A stretch of 64,000 nt of DNA from Eledone cirrhosa (taxonomy: Eukaryota): the NCBI GenBank assembly GCA_964016885.1, contig OZ024755.1, positions 37,696,001 to 37,760,000 on the forward strand, in the 5' to 3' direction. The notes below the pieces were generated by a model, which did no database searches, was not told the origin of the DNA, and saw nothing but the letters and a program-made list of their open reading frames with translations. Positions 13,441-25,626 of the stretch are shown here, piece by piece; the stretch's first letter is position 1, and every line of letters begins with the position of its first letter. Made by a program: the position numbers and the translations under genes.

Positions 13441-13849
13441 AGCCACCAGACAGATAGATATATTTCTTTATTTGCCACAAGGGCACACAAGAAAAGGGGA
13501 CAATACAAAGACATATGCCAGTGATTTTACATACAATTGTGTAAAATAATATTTTCAACAAACAAATTTAACAATCGAAATCCCCAATAAGGGGGAGGCG
13601 TTACAAATGGGTTGTTCAATACCCCATAGATCGAACAACCCTCAACTCGAGGAACATGTTGTGCAAGTGCTCCTAGATAGATGTCTATGTATGTATGTAT
13701 GTTCTTCTGGTTTTATAATTTTATACTATTTTACCAATAGAATGAGAGTCTGTTTCTAACATAGACACAAGACTCTCTCATTGGAAATTAGACATCAACG
13801 AGGTAGATATGTCTGCATGCATGTTGTACAGGTATGGGTGATATTGTAT

Positions 13850-14125
13850 GTGTGGATGTGGATGTTTTGAGTTATATGTGTGCATGTGTATGTATGTGTG
13901 TGTGTATGTATGTACGTATGTGTGCATATGTGTATGCATGTAGATGTGTGTGTATGTATGTATACATAGGTGCATGTGTGTATGTATGCATGTAAGTATG
14001 TGTATGCATTTATGTGTATGCATGTACATGTGTATGCATGTGTGTATGTATATGCGTGTATATATGTGCATGTATCTAGGTATGTATGTGTATGTATGCA
14101 TGTATATATATACATGTATAGGTAT
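13850..14125. repeat. Degenerate (TG)/(TATG) microsatellite field
   Basis: Direct reading. Confidence 0.9.
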
Positions 14126-14337
14126 ATAAATAACAAACATTTAAGGATGAGGAGGCGATTCCATATATCTAATGGACTCGTATTATATATATGCATTTCA
14201 TCCTTACGGGGTCGATAAAATAAAGTACCAGTAATGCACTGGGTATTTGCTGGCCTTGTGCCTAAAGTAGAAACAATTATATATATGCATATGCGTATGT
14301 ATATATATGTATATATATATATATATATAACAAAGAA

Positions 14338-14540
14338 AGTGTGGTAAGATACCAGGTGAACCATAACGGACCAGAGTACTCGATACTTTGGTTAGTAGAG
14401 TGGGTAATAGGGAAAATGTTCGGGACCCCGACGGCAGAGCTCAAGCCGTTTCGACGGCTATTTCTGGACTCTATTTGCGTCCAGAAATAGCCGTCGAAGC
14501 AGCTTGAGCTCTGCCGTCGGGATCCTTAACATTTTCCTAT
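14338..14540 (+). mobile_element. Short (TA)n-embedded repeat family, usually ending in a fold-back
   Basis: gtggtaaggaaccag.tggaccataacgcaccagagtactc...gacccgacggcagagctcaagccgtttcgacggctatttc; other copies ~18593-18730, 22390-22520, 23022-23200 (+), 28817-28955, 36232-36380 (-), all next to (TA)n. Confidence 0.75.
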
Positions 14541-14556
14541 ATATAATATATATATA

Positions 14557-14596
<40 letters not shown>

Positions 14597-15699
14597 TACC
14601 CCTTGCAAGCAGGGAAAAGCAGATGTAAAATGATGAAGGTGATGATGATGATGGCCCCGCAATCTCAGACATTATATCATCTCTCGTCTAAGTTTAATCA
14701 AAAGGGGTTATACAACAATCAAAAGGGGTTATACAACAATAAAACATATATTCTTTTAAAACAAATAAGAAACATCATAACAAACATTCATTGTTGTTAA
14801 TAGAGAAAGAAAATCATTTAAAAAATAAAGCTGATAATATTTTGCTTGCCCTCATAACTAATAAAATATAATTTAATAGATGATTAAAACAGATTCATTA
14901 TAAATTATTAATTGTGTGCTTAGTTTCATTGTTAACCCCTTTCATTCTATTTGATTCTATATTGAAATATCTTAGCTTCATTCAAAAGAAGGCGTGTCAT
15001 CTTTAGTATGATGTTTGTCTCTAGTCAGCTTCCTTATCTTAGCAAAACCCATTATTACGGGGTCGATAAAATAAAGTACCAGTAATACACTGTGTATTTG
15101 CTGGCCTTGTGCCTAAAGTAGAAACAATTATTAATTGCTGTTAATAATAATAATAATTGTTTCTACTTTTGGCACAAGGCCAGCAATTAACCCCAGTGTA
15201 TTACTGGTGCTTTATTTTATCGACCTCGTAAGGATGAAAGGCAAAGGTAACTCCAATTCAAATCCCACCGAGGTTAACTTTGCCCCTTTCATCCTTACGG
15301 GGGTCGATAAAATAAAGTACCAGTAATGAAGTAGGATAATTGCTGGCCTTGTGCCCCCCAGAAAGAAACAATTATTATTATTAACAGCATTTATTGATTT
15401 AAATAATTTTTTTGTTAAATACTGGTTAAGGCGATTAACACCTCTTACTCGAAATACCCCCTCCCTCTCCTTTACTGATGAAATGTAAAATAAACATAGG
15501 TAATCCTTCGCTTTAAGATCATAGACAACCTCCAGTAATTTCCGTGAGTAAAAAACGACAATTTAAAACAAATTTGTCAACAAAATCGTAATCTACACAT
15601 TCGAAGAAGTAACACAGCAAAATATACATTAAGAAAGTTATAAGGAAACAAGGAACATGTAGTTATATCGTTATAATATATATATATTATATATATATA

Positions 15700-15739
<40 letters not shown>

Positions 15740-15796
15740 AAACTGAACCGATAGGGTCTGGTTTCCTAAATGTCACCATTTATAAAACAAATTTTG

Positions 15797-15857
15797 TATT
15801 TTATCTGATGATAGCGTACCAAAACTTTGGTACCTTTGAAATATATATAATAAAATA
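15797..15857 (+). ncRNA. Minimal type I hammerhead ribozyme motif
   Basis: Stem I tattttat/ataaaata, CTGATGA 15805-15811, stem II gtaccaa/ttggtac, GAAA 15838-15841, palindromic tatata, UA. Confidence 0.65.
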
Positions 15858-15898
15858 AATATGGTTTTATAAATATAGTTTCCATTTATTAATATCAT

Positions 15899-15899
<1 letters not shown>

Positions 15900-15949
<50 letters not shown>

Positions 15950-16400
15950 AGTGTGTGTGTGTATGTGTGTGTGTGCATGTATGTATGTGTACATATGTAT
16001 ATATACATATATGTGTATATATACATGTATGCATATGTGTACATATGTATATATGCATGTATGTATATATATATATGTGTATATGCATGTATGTATGATG
16101 TATGTATGTATACATTATGTATGTATATATGTACGTATGTATACATGTATATATTATGTATGTATGTATATATTATGTATATATGTATGTATGTAAATAT
16201 TATGTATGTATATATGTACGTATGTATACATGTATATATTATGTATGTATATATGTACGTGTGTATACATGTATATATGTATGTATATATGTATGTATGC
16301 ATATATATATGTATGTATGTATGCATATATTATTTATGTATACATGTATGTATGTATATATGTATGCATATATTATGTGTGTGTGTGTGTGTGTGTGTGT
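15900..16400. repeat. (TA)n/(TG)n/(TATG)n microsatellite field
   Basis: Direct reading. Confidence 0.95.
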
Positions 16401-17182
16401 AATAAATAATTTCGTGTCCCCACCTTACTATGTTTCCTCACAACTTTGGTAATGAACATTTCCAAGGGACACACCTTCTAAATTGTATTAAATTGCGATT
16501 AAATTGATGGAAAAAACGTTATTTTCTACACACGGAAATTACCGGAAGTTGTCTGCGATGTTAAAACGAAGGATTAGCTGTAAAGATGTGATATTTAGGT
16601 GTAATTAAATAAAGGTTCGGTGGTGGACGATATTACCACGGAATATCTCTGTTGTGGTGTCTTAGAAAATGATACAACCATGTAGTATGTCTGGATAGTC
16701 ACGGCTGGAATGTCGTAGATCAACGTACTGACCAGCGGCTAAACAGCAACAGACGAGGATCCCCTCCGTGATCACTCGACCAGCTAGAAATAGCTGTTAA
16801 GTCTCTTTCAAATGACACCGTACTGCCTTAGAAAGAGGAGGAATGACGGGATAAAGAATGTAGAAATGGTTGTTAGATGTTTGCATGTTCTTCAACAAAT
16901 TTTCCCTTCTGTCTGACTATAAAAAAAAAACTGATTTGTTTCTTTAGCAAATCATAAATATTAGGTGATTTAATTTAGATACAGACTGTTTGATTGTTGA
17001 ATAAAGATGTTCGGTGGTATTGTTTGATATAGCATAAGACTAAACCGAAACTAGAGTGCTGGGACATGCAACAGGGATTTCTTGATAATAATAACAGAAT
17101 CATATTATGGTCGTCTTTACATTTCATCTGGAAGGGTTCTATAAAATAAATTGCAGTAAAATATTGAAGCTATTTAAAGGAG

Positions 17183-17233
<51 letters not shown>

Positions 17234-18905
17234 GAAATATCTGTGGCTTTGTATGAAACCATTCATTATCGTTACCTATGATACCAACATACAGTAGTAG
17301 ATGACAAGATTTCACTTACCCACTTCTTCCATCGTATACTAATGATCATGTGTTCCTCAAGCAGATAGGATCAATTAAATATGTCTTATAGGTAAATAAA
17401 TAGCTAGATATGTTTCAAGTTTGGAGAGAGAGAGAGAGACACATGCAAGGTAATAAATAAATAAGTGTATTATCATGAGATGCTGACGAAGAAGTTGACA
17501 TGTGAATACCGGAAGCAAAATACTTTACCGCAACACATCATACAGACATTTGTATTCATACGCCACATTCTTCCGCATACTTACACTAAAGTACTTGCAA
17601 CTTTTCTCTTCATTTCAAACAAATTCTTAAAGTTTGCTTAATAAAAGTTATTTTAATGTTGATTTTTAAAAAAATGTTTCGAATCTTTTTATTGCTGCTA
17701 AGTAAAAACAACCACATGGGAATATGTGGCCGTAAGGGAGAGTCGTAAACTAGAATATGAATGGAGTATAAATTCGATATAAAAGTAAAACTTTAAAAAG
17801 CAAAGGTAAAAAGAAAAAGAAAATTAAAGAAGATAATCAAATTTAGAAAGAAAAAAAATTGAATGAAAATTAAATTATTACTTATCATTGTTAAGATTAA
17901 GTTTAATGAAGTAGACAAACGAGCTTAACAAGTTGTTTTCTGAACATTGCAGACGACCGAAGCTGAACGTTTCTCCTTGTTATTAGTTGAGTTGATGTCG
18001 CATTGAGGGAAGCATGTTAATTAGGCTTTTGCCGGGTTCTTTTCCACGTTGATTACCTATTTCGAAAATACATTTATATAATATATATATTTATATATTG
18101 AAAAAGGACTGAAAATATTTTTCACTCCAAAGTTAAGGTAAAACTAATTTTTATTTGTTATATCTTATTTTATTCTTCGTAATATATTTTTCCCAATTTT
18201 TTTATTCTTTAAGAGAAGAAATGAAAAAAAGTCGACCAACTTTTATTTTGCCAAGTGAAAATACATATATTACTAACAATTTATCTCTTGTTATTTTTAA
18301 GAAAACAAATATGTATCAAAGTTTTTTCTCTCTTGTTTCATTTGTCTTTTATCATCTTATCACTAATAATAATATGGTTTTTATTACTTTTCGTTGACAA
18401 TAAATGAAATAGAAAATAAAATAATTAACCTTGTTACACCTCCCTTCTAGACAGGTGTTCCCATCTTGGTTAAATTTCTTCTACCCAGTGGATATTTGTT
18501 AAATATAAGAACTTTTGTCTCCCCCAAAATATAATAATATAACGCTTACAGAACGAAAACACAAACAAATATAATATATAATATATATATAAAGTGTGGT
18601 AGGAAACCAGGTGGACCACAACGTACCAGAATATTCGATACTTAGGGTAGTGGAGTAGGTAATAGTTCGGAGTTCGGATCTAGCTGTCGGAACGGCCGGA
18701 GCTCAGCCGTCGGGGTCCTGACTATTTCCTATATATATATATATATATTGTTAAATTGACTATTTGACCCTAGTACCAGTTTCTTCATTAGTTGTACCCA
18801 ACTTTCTGTAGATATGTTCCTTCTAAGAAGGACCAGCCCAGGAGTAAATGTACCCCCGAGGGTAAATGTCACCTATTCAGTGGCTATTTGATAAATTGAC
18901 AAATT

Positions 18906-20315
18906 GGTCCTAGTACCAGTAATTGGTCATAAATATATTAGGTCCTAGTACCAGTAATTGGTCATAAATATATTAGGTCCTAGTACCAGTAATTGGTCAT
19001 AAATATATTAGGTCCTAGTACCAGTAGTTGGTCATAAATATATTAGGTCCTAGTACCAGTAATTGGTCATAAATATATTAGGTCCTAGTACCAGTAGTTG
19101 GTCATAAATATATTAGGTCCTAGTACCAGTAGTTGGTCATAAATATATTAGGTCCTAGTACCAGTAGTTGGTCATAAATATATTAGGTCCTAGTACCAGT
19201 AGTTGGTCATAAATATATTAGGTCCTAGTACCAGTAATTGGTCATAAATATATTAGGTCCTAGTACCAGTAGTTGGTCATAAATATATTAGGTCCTAGTA
19301 CCAGTAATTGGTCATAAATATATTAGGTCCTAGTACCAGTAGTTGGTCATAAATATATTAGGTCCTAGTACCAGTAGTTGGTCATAAATATATTAGGTCC
19401 TAGTACCAGTAATTGGTCATAAATATATTAGGTCCTAGTACCAGTAGTTGGTCATAAATATATTAGGTCCTAGTACCAGTAGTTGGTCATAAATATATTT
19501 GGTCCTATACCAGTAATTGGTCATAAATATATTAGGTCCTATACCAGTAATTGGTCATAAATATATTAGGTCCTAGTACCAGTAATTGGTCATAAATATA
19601 TTAGGTCCTAGTACCAGTAATTGGTCATAAATATATTAGGTCCTAGTACCAGTAATTGGTCATAAATATATTAGGTCCTAGTACCAGTAGTTGGTCATAA
19701 ATATATTAGGTCCTAGTACCAGTAGTTGGTCATAAATATATTAGGTCCTAGTACCAGTAATTGGTCATAAATATATTAGGTCCTAGTACCAGTAGTTGGT
19801 CATAAATATATTAGGTCCTAGTACCAGTAGTTGGTCATAAATATATTAGGTCCTAGTACCAGTAATTGGTCATAAATATATTTGGTCCAAGTACCAGTAA
19901 TTGGTCATAAATATATTAGGTCCTATACCAGTAATTGGTCATAAATATATTAGGTCCTAGTACCAGTAATTGGTCATAAATATATTAGGTCCTATACCAG
20001 TAATTGGTCATAAATATATTAGGTCCTAGTACCAGTAATTGGTCATAAATATATTAGGTCCTAGTACCAGTAATTGGTCATAAATATATTAGGTCCTAGT
20101 ACCAGTAATTGGTCATAAATATATTAGGTCCTAGTACCAGTAATTGGTCATAAATATATTAGGTCCTAGTAGTTGTCATAAATATATTAGGTGCTAGTAC
20201 CAGTAATTGGTCATAAATATATTTGATCCTAGTAGTTGGTCATAAATATATTAGGTGCTAGTACCAGTAATTTGTCATAAATATATTTGGTCTTAGTACT
20301 AGTACTTGTTGACCA
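18906..20315. repeat. 35-bp minisatellite, ~39 copies
   Basis: Unit ggtcctagtaccagta(a/g)ttggtcataaatatatta; starts at 18906 and 18941. Confidence 0.97.
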
Positions 20316-20320
20316 GTAGT

Positions 20321-20568
20321 CAGGGGCAGTGGAACTGGGGATGGGGTGTGTGCCCCCCTCCCCCTGGCCCCTCCAATAATTATATTTTTCTCCCCAAACT
20401 ACCAAAACATCTATTTGTATATTATACACTAAACATGTTATGTTTATCGCATGTCCAAGTTTTTTTATATCTTGGTTGATATTTGATAACAGCTAAACTA
20501 ATCTCTACAACCTAATTGACCAAATTTGCCCCTCCCCTCCCAATTTAGAAATGTTTCCACCGCCCCTG
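20321..20568. mobile_element. Non-autonomous DNA transposon (hAT-like TIRs, 5-bp TSD)
   Basis: TIRs caggggcagtggaa / ttccaccgcccctg (13/14 match); gtagt duplicated at 20316-20320 and 20569-20573. Confidence 0.75.
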
Positions 20569-21419
20569 GTAGTTGTTCATAAATATGTGAAATAATGTCC
20601 TTTTCTGCTATTGTTGTCATTGGAACCTAAAATAATGTTGAAAAAACTATAAAACAATATCTTTAGACTGATTATATGGTCTTACTAACCAGTATCTTTA
20701 TCATGGTTGACTTTGCCTTTCATCCTTACGGGGTCGATAAAATAAAGTACCAGTAATGCACTGGATAATTGCTGGCCTTGTGCCTAAAGTAGAAACAATT
20801 ATTTGGTTTTAAGTTGGGGTTCAAATCCCGCCGAGGTTAGCTTTGCCTTTCATTCTTACGGGGTTGATAAATAAAGTACCAGTAATGCACTGGGGTCAAT
20901 TTAATCGACTTTCCCCTGCCCCAAAATTGTTGTCCTTGTGTCTATATCAGAAAACATTGTTTGGTTATAAGTGAAATAATATTGTTTTGTGATATTTCTT
21001 ATTTGAACCTTAAAAACAAAACAAAACAGTATTTACAGTTAACAAAATTTCCCCTCTGTAACTTACTGTATATATACACATGTAAACTAAAATTACTGAA
21101 CAAGGCAGGCTGGTGGTAAATATACTTTTTGGAAAGTTACATGGATGAAGAGGACGAAGGACGAAAAAAAAATGGTAATTCCTTGGCTAAAGTATTTAGT
21201 GTTGCTATTTTTACATTCCATGCTGAAATCCTTTGGTGAACATCCCTAAAATAATTACCAGTAATATAGAGTACAATCTACAAGTTCTTAGACCGAGTGG
21301 GGTGGACCAAGGAAACGATGTTTCCATTGCTTATAATAGCAACCGGTGGCAACTCCTGGTAAAAGTAATATACTATGAATAATCCTCTACTACATTGGTA
21401 TTAGAAATACCTTCGTGGA

Positions 21420-21665
21420 GCCATGTAAAATAATATACAATTGTGATTAAATAAATTTACAGTAGAATAACATAACAAATATGTTTTAAATATACACATA
21501 AATAACATTACAAATGCTTAGATAACATTATAAATTGTTCGCGATTCTGTCAGAAGGATATATTCTTTTAATGTTGCAATATTAAAGAAAATATAAAGGA
21601 AGGGGTGAACAAGCGAGCAGCCAACACCAGAGCAAAAGACAGCAGTAAGGTGTACTGGGCAACCT
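21420..21665 (-). mobile_element. 3' UTR fragment of a CRE-like LINE
   Basis: Reverse complement of ~37775-38000; a further copy at 60920-61263. Confidence 0.75.
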
Positions 21666-22532
21666 GACCCTTTATATTCTGAAAGGAAACCCTATAATGG
21701 AGATGGGTGGAGCTCGATTAAATAAGAGCCAGTAACAATAATAATTGTTTCTACTTTTGGCACAAGGCCAGCAATTATTTCAGTACATTACTGGTACTTT
21801 ATTTTATCGACCCCGTAGGATGAAAGACAGTTAACCGGTATTTGAGGTTAACTTTGCCTTTCATCCTTACAGGATCGATGAAATAAAACACCAGTAATGC
21901 ACCAATACAGCGATTATTACTGGTACTCACCCTTACCATTCCGAGAGAAACTCTTAGTGTCGGCCGATTAAACGAATCCAGAAAAAAAAACAAAAAAAAC
22001 ATTTTGTTTAAATACGATAAAGTGAAAACATAATTTTAAACTTTGCCTTTCATCCTTACTGGGTCGATAAAATAAAGTACCAGTAATACACTGGAATAAT
22101 TGCTGGCCTTGTGCCAAAAGTAGAAACAATTATTTTAACTTCGATAAAATAAAGCACCAGTAATGCTATAATAAATGAGTAAGCTTCAGAAAGCCGGTAC
22201 AATGTGGTAGGAATATATAAAGGGCAAGGGATGACTAACGAAAACAAAATAATGTTCAACATGATATTTCATAGGGATATAAAATATACAGAAGGGAAAA
22301 ACCAATCCAAACCAAACAGTGAGTGTGTTTTATTATTTCTGGCAATATTATAACAATAAGACCCTCCCCAAATATAACTATATATATATAGGAACCAGAT
22401 GGACCATAACGCACCAGAGTACTCAATACTTAGGGTAGTAGAGCGGGTAATAGGAGAAAGTATACTTTCTCCTATATATATATAGGAGAAAGTATCCATC
22501 TGGTTCCTTACGACAACTCCGTTATATATATA

Positions 22533-22745
22533 GTGAAGGCGTGTGGCTAAGTGGTTAGAGAATTGTATTCGCAATCGTAAGGTTGTGAGTTCGATTCCTG
22601 GACCAGGCGATGCGTTATGTCCTTGAGCAAGACACTTTATTTCACGTTGCTCCTTCTACCTGGAGTTGCGACCGATAGATAGTATTAGCAATTGGAAAGA
22701 CCAACGGAAACATTGTTCCCTCGGTCCGATTTGACAAAAAAGTCG
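22533..22745 (+). mobile_element. tRNA-derived SINE family C
   Basis: Head gtggctaagtggttagag...gagttcgattcc, then ccttgagcaagacactttatttcac and tail caattggaaagaccaac; second copy at 63366-63565. Confidence 0.8.
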
Positions 22746-22908
22746 ATCGTTCCTTTTATATATATATATAAAGTTGACGGACCTAGCATAGGTATTACTG
22801 CTAGGACCCGGTTGCATCTCAGCGTACTCAATAGGTAAAGTTAAACAAACTCCCAGAGTATCCACATAGTTATTCGCTTCAATACAACATACGTAAACGG
22901 GTACCTTC

Positions 22909-22952
<44 letters not shown>

Positions 22953-22958
22953 GTATGT

Positions 22959-23025
<67 letters not shown>

Positions 23026-23216
23026 ACGAAGGAGTTGTGGTAAGGAACCAGATGGACCATAACGCACCAGAGTACTCAATACTTAAGGTAGTAGAGTGGG
23101 TAATAGGAAAAAGTATGACCCGACGGCAGAGCTCAAGCCTTTTCGACGGCTATTTCTGTCGAAACGGCTTGAGCTCTGCCGTCGGGTCATACTTTTTCCT
23201 ATATATATATATACAC

Positions 23217-23521
23217 AGTGTACAACCGACATTCGCGGTCCCTATTATTCGCGTAATTTTCCTAAGAACCTAATTAATAATTATTCGTGGAAACTAACGC
23301 ATATTCGCGAAATCATAGATATCTTCTGCGGTTTTTTAATGGCTTTTTTCGTGGCAATTTATATTTTTTCACGCTTTTTAACGCTAAATGATCAAGAACA
23401 ATATACCGTATTTGGCGGTCTATATTTTATCTTTTGACATTTATAGGCATTTTTATGGACCACGTCCATAATTTGCGGCTACTCCAGGAACGTAACACCC
23501 AGGAATACCGAGGGACAATTC
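23217..23521 (+). mobile_element. Tc1/pogo(Tigger)-like MITE remnant
   Basis: Ends cagtgtacaaccgacattcgcgg / ggaataccgagggacaatt; inverted related copy at ~42040-42420. Confidence 0.55.
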
Positions 23522-23549
23522 CATATGTGTGTGTGTGTGTGTGTATATG

Positions 23550-23610
<61 letters not shown>

Positions 23611-24227
23611 GTAAGTATGTATGTATACGTACATACATATATGTATACAGACGTAAAATAACATGCATATATATATATATACATATATACATACAGGTAC
23701 ACAGACATATATGTACAAGTGCCGTACTAAGAGTGAGAAATGAAATTTCGTTTTCATTTTATTACAACTCATCGTTTTCGGTGCGCCTGACCGATTTAAC
23801 TCACTCGATATGCAAATTAGGCTGCTCAGCCGTTAATTTTCATAAGGAAAGTATATACTTTCGAACGTTCAACTATCTGGCAGATGGGTAAACGGTGCTG
23901 ATGATAGCTAACAAGCTTGAAACTAGTACATCGTTCCTGTGTCAGTGTTGAACAAAAAGGTGACGTGGTTGCCTTAACACCGTGCGGCATAAATTCAGGC
24001 TGTACAGTTTGTTTACAAATGAACAAAGCGGGCGCTATAATAAGCGTCCGCTAAACTTATGCGTACATATATGTCTGTGTACCTGTATGTATATATGTAT
24101 ATATATATATATGCATGTTATTTTACGTCTGTATACATATATGTATGTACGTATACATACATACTTACATTTATGTAAGTGCCGTACTAAGAGTGAGAAA
24201 TGAAATTTCGTTTTCATTTTATTACAA

Positions 24228-24263
<36 letters not shown>

Positions 24264-24421
24264 CGTGCATATACATATGTCACATATGAAATATACATAC
24301 ACACCTCGTCGATTAGTGTCCATCATTCATGGGTAGGACGGATTGACCCTTGTTTAGCTTACCCACAGCAGATTTCGGCTTGGTTTCTACAGCAGAGTGC
24401 CCTTCCTAGCACCAACCACAA

Positions 24422-25503
24422 TTACAGTGTGGACTGGGTACTTTTTGTCGTGACACCTACATGACCACTTTACAGTGTGGACTGGGTACTTTTTGTCGTG
24501 ACACCTACACGACCACTTTACAGTGTGGACTGGGTACTTTTTGTCGTGACACCTACATGACCACTTTACAGTGGAGCCTGGGTACTTTTTGTTGTGACAC
24601 CTACACGACCACTTTACAGTGTGGACTGGGTACTTTTTGTCGTGACACCCACACGACCACTTTACAGTGTGGACTGGGTACTTTTTGTTGTGACACCTAC
24701 ACGACCACTTTACAGTGTGGACTGGGTACTTTTTGTTGTGACACCCACATGACCACTTTACAGTGTGGACTGGGTGCTCTTTGTCATGACACCTACATGA
24801 CCACTTTACAGTATGGACTGGGTGGTTTTTGTCGTGACACCCACACGACCACTTTATAGTGTGGACTAGGTACTTTTTGTCGTGACACCCACATGACCAC
24901 TTTACAGTGTGGACTGGGTACTTTTTGTCGTGGCACCCACACAACCACTTTACAGTGTGGACTGGGTGCTCTTTGTCATGACACCTACATGACCACTTTA
25001 CAGTGTGGTCTGGGTACTTTTTGTTGTGACACCTACATGACCACTTTACAGTGTGGACTGGGTACTTTTTGTTGTGACACCTACATGACCACTTTACAGT
25101 GTGGACTGGGTACTTTTTGTCATGGCACCTACATGACCACTTTACAGTGTGGACTGGGTACTTTTTGTCGTGACACTTACATGACCACTTTACAGTGTGG
25201 ACTGGGTCCTTTTTGTCGTGGCACCTATATGACCACTTTACAGTGTGGACTGGGTACTTTTTGTTGTGGCACCTACACAACCACTTTACAGTGTGGGCTG
25301 GGTACTTTTTGTCGTGACACCCTCACAACCACTTTACAGTGTGGACTGGGTACTTTTTGTCGTGGCACCTATATGACCACTTTACAGTGTGGGCTGGGTA
25401 CTTTTTGTCGTGACACCCTCACAACCACTTTACAGTGTGGACTGGGTACTTTTTGTCGTGGCACCTATATGACCACTTTACAGTGTGGACTGGGTACTTT
25501 TGT
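24422..25503 (-). repeat. 48-bp minisatellite (~22 copies) from the SINE module
   Basis: Unit ttacagtgtggactgggtactttttgtcgtgacacctacatgaccact, adjoining a SINE tail remnant at ~24300-24420. Confidence 0.95.
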
Positions 25504-25626
25504 CTTGGAACTAGGGAGGGAGAAGGAAGCTTGGATAAAATGTAGACAGGGTAGTAGGGTGGTATGGTTACTGCTAAGGGAGGTGAATGAGAGGGGATAG
25601 AAGGTGTTACCTGCTAGTTATAAGCC

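Noticed and set aside
13778-16452. Many Y/I/H/T/C/V-rich ORFs (also 23427-24336, 39053-40121)
   Set aside because: Microsatellite translations
17314-17350. Minus-strand ATG GAA GAA GTG G|gtaagt as a first coding exon, with a nearby ccggaag motif
   Set aside because: Too short to distinguish from chance and no matching downstream exon found
7656-20315. CRISPR-like appearance of the 35-53 bp arrays
   Set aside because: Head-to-tail units without unique spacers, no cas genes, eukaryotic context
21172-21250. Signal-peptide-like MVIPWLKYLVLLFLHSMLKSFG
   Set aside because: Short, weak donor, no supporting exons
22533-22612. tRNA gene
   Set aside because: A/B boxes run into a SINE body and recur in many copies; these are SINE heads
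24387-25600. Cys/His-rich repeat ORFs resembling zinc fingers
   Set aside because: 48-bp SINE-derived array, open on both strands
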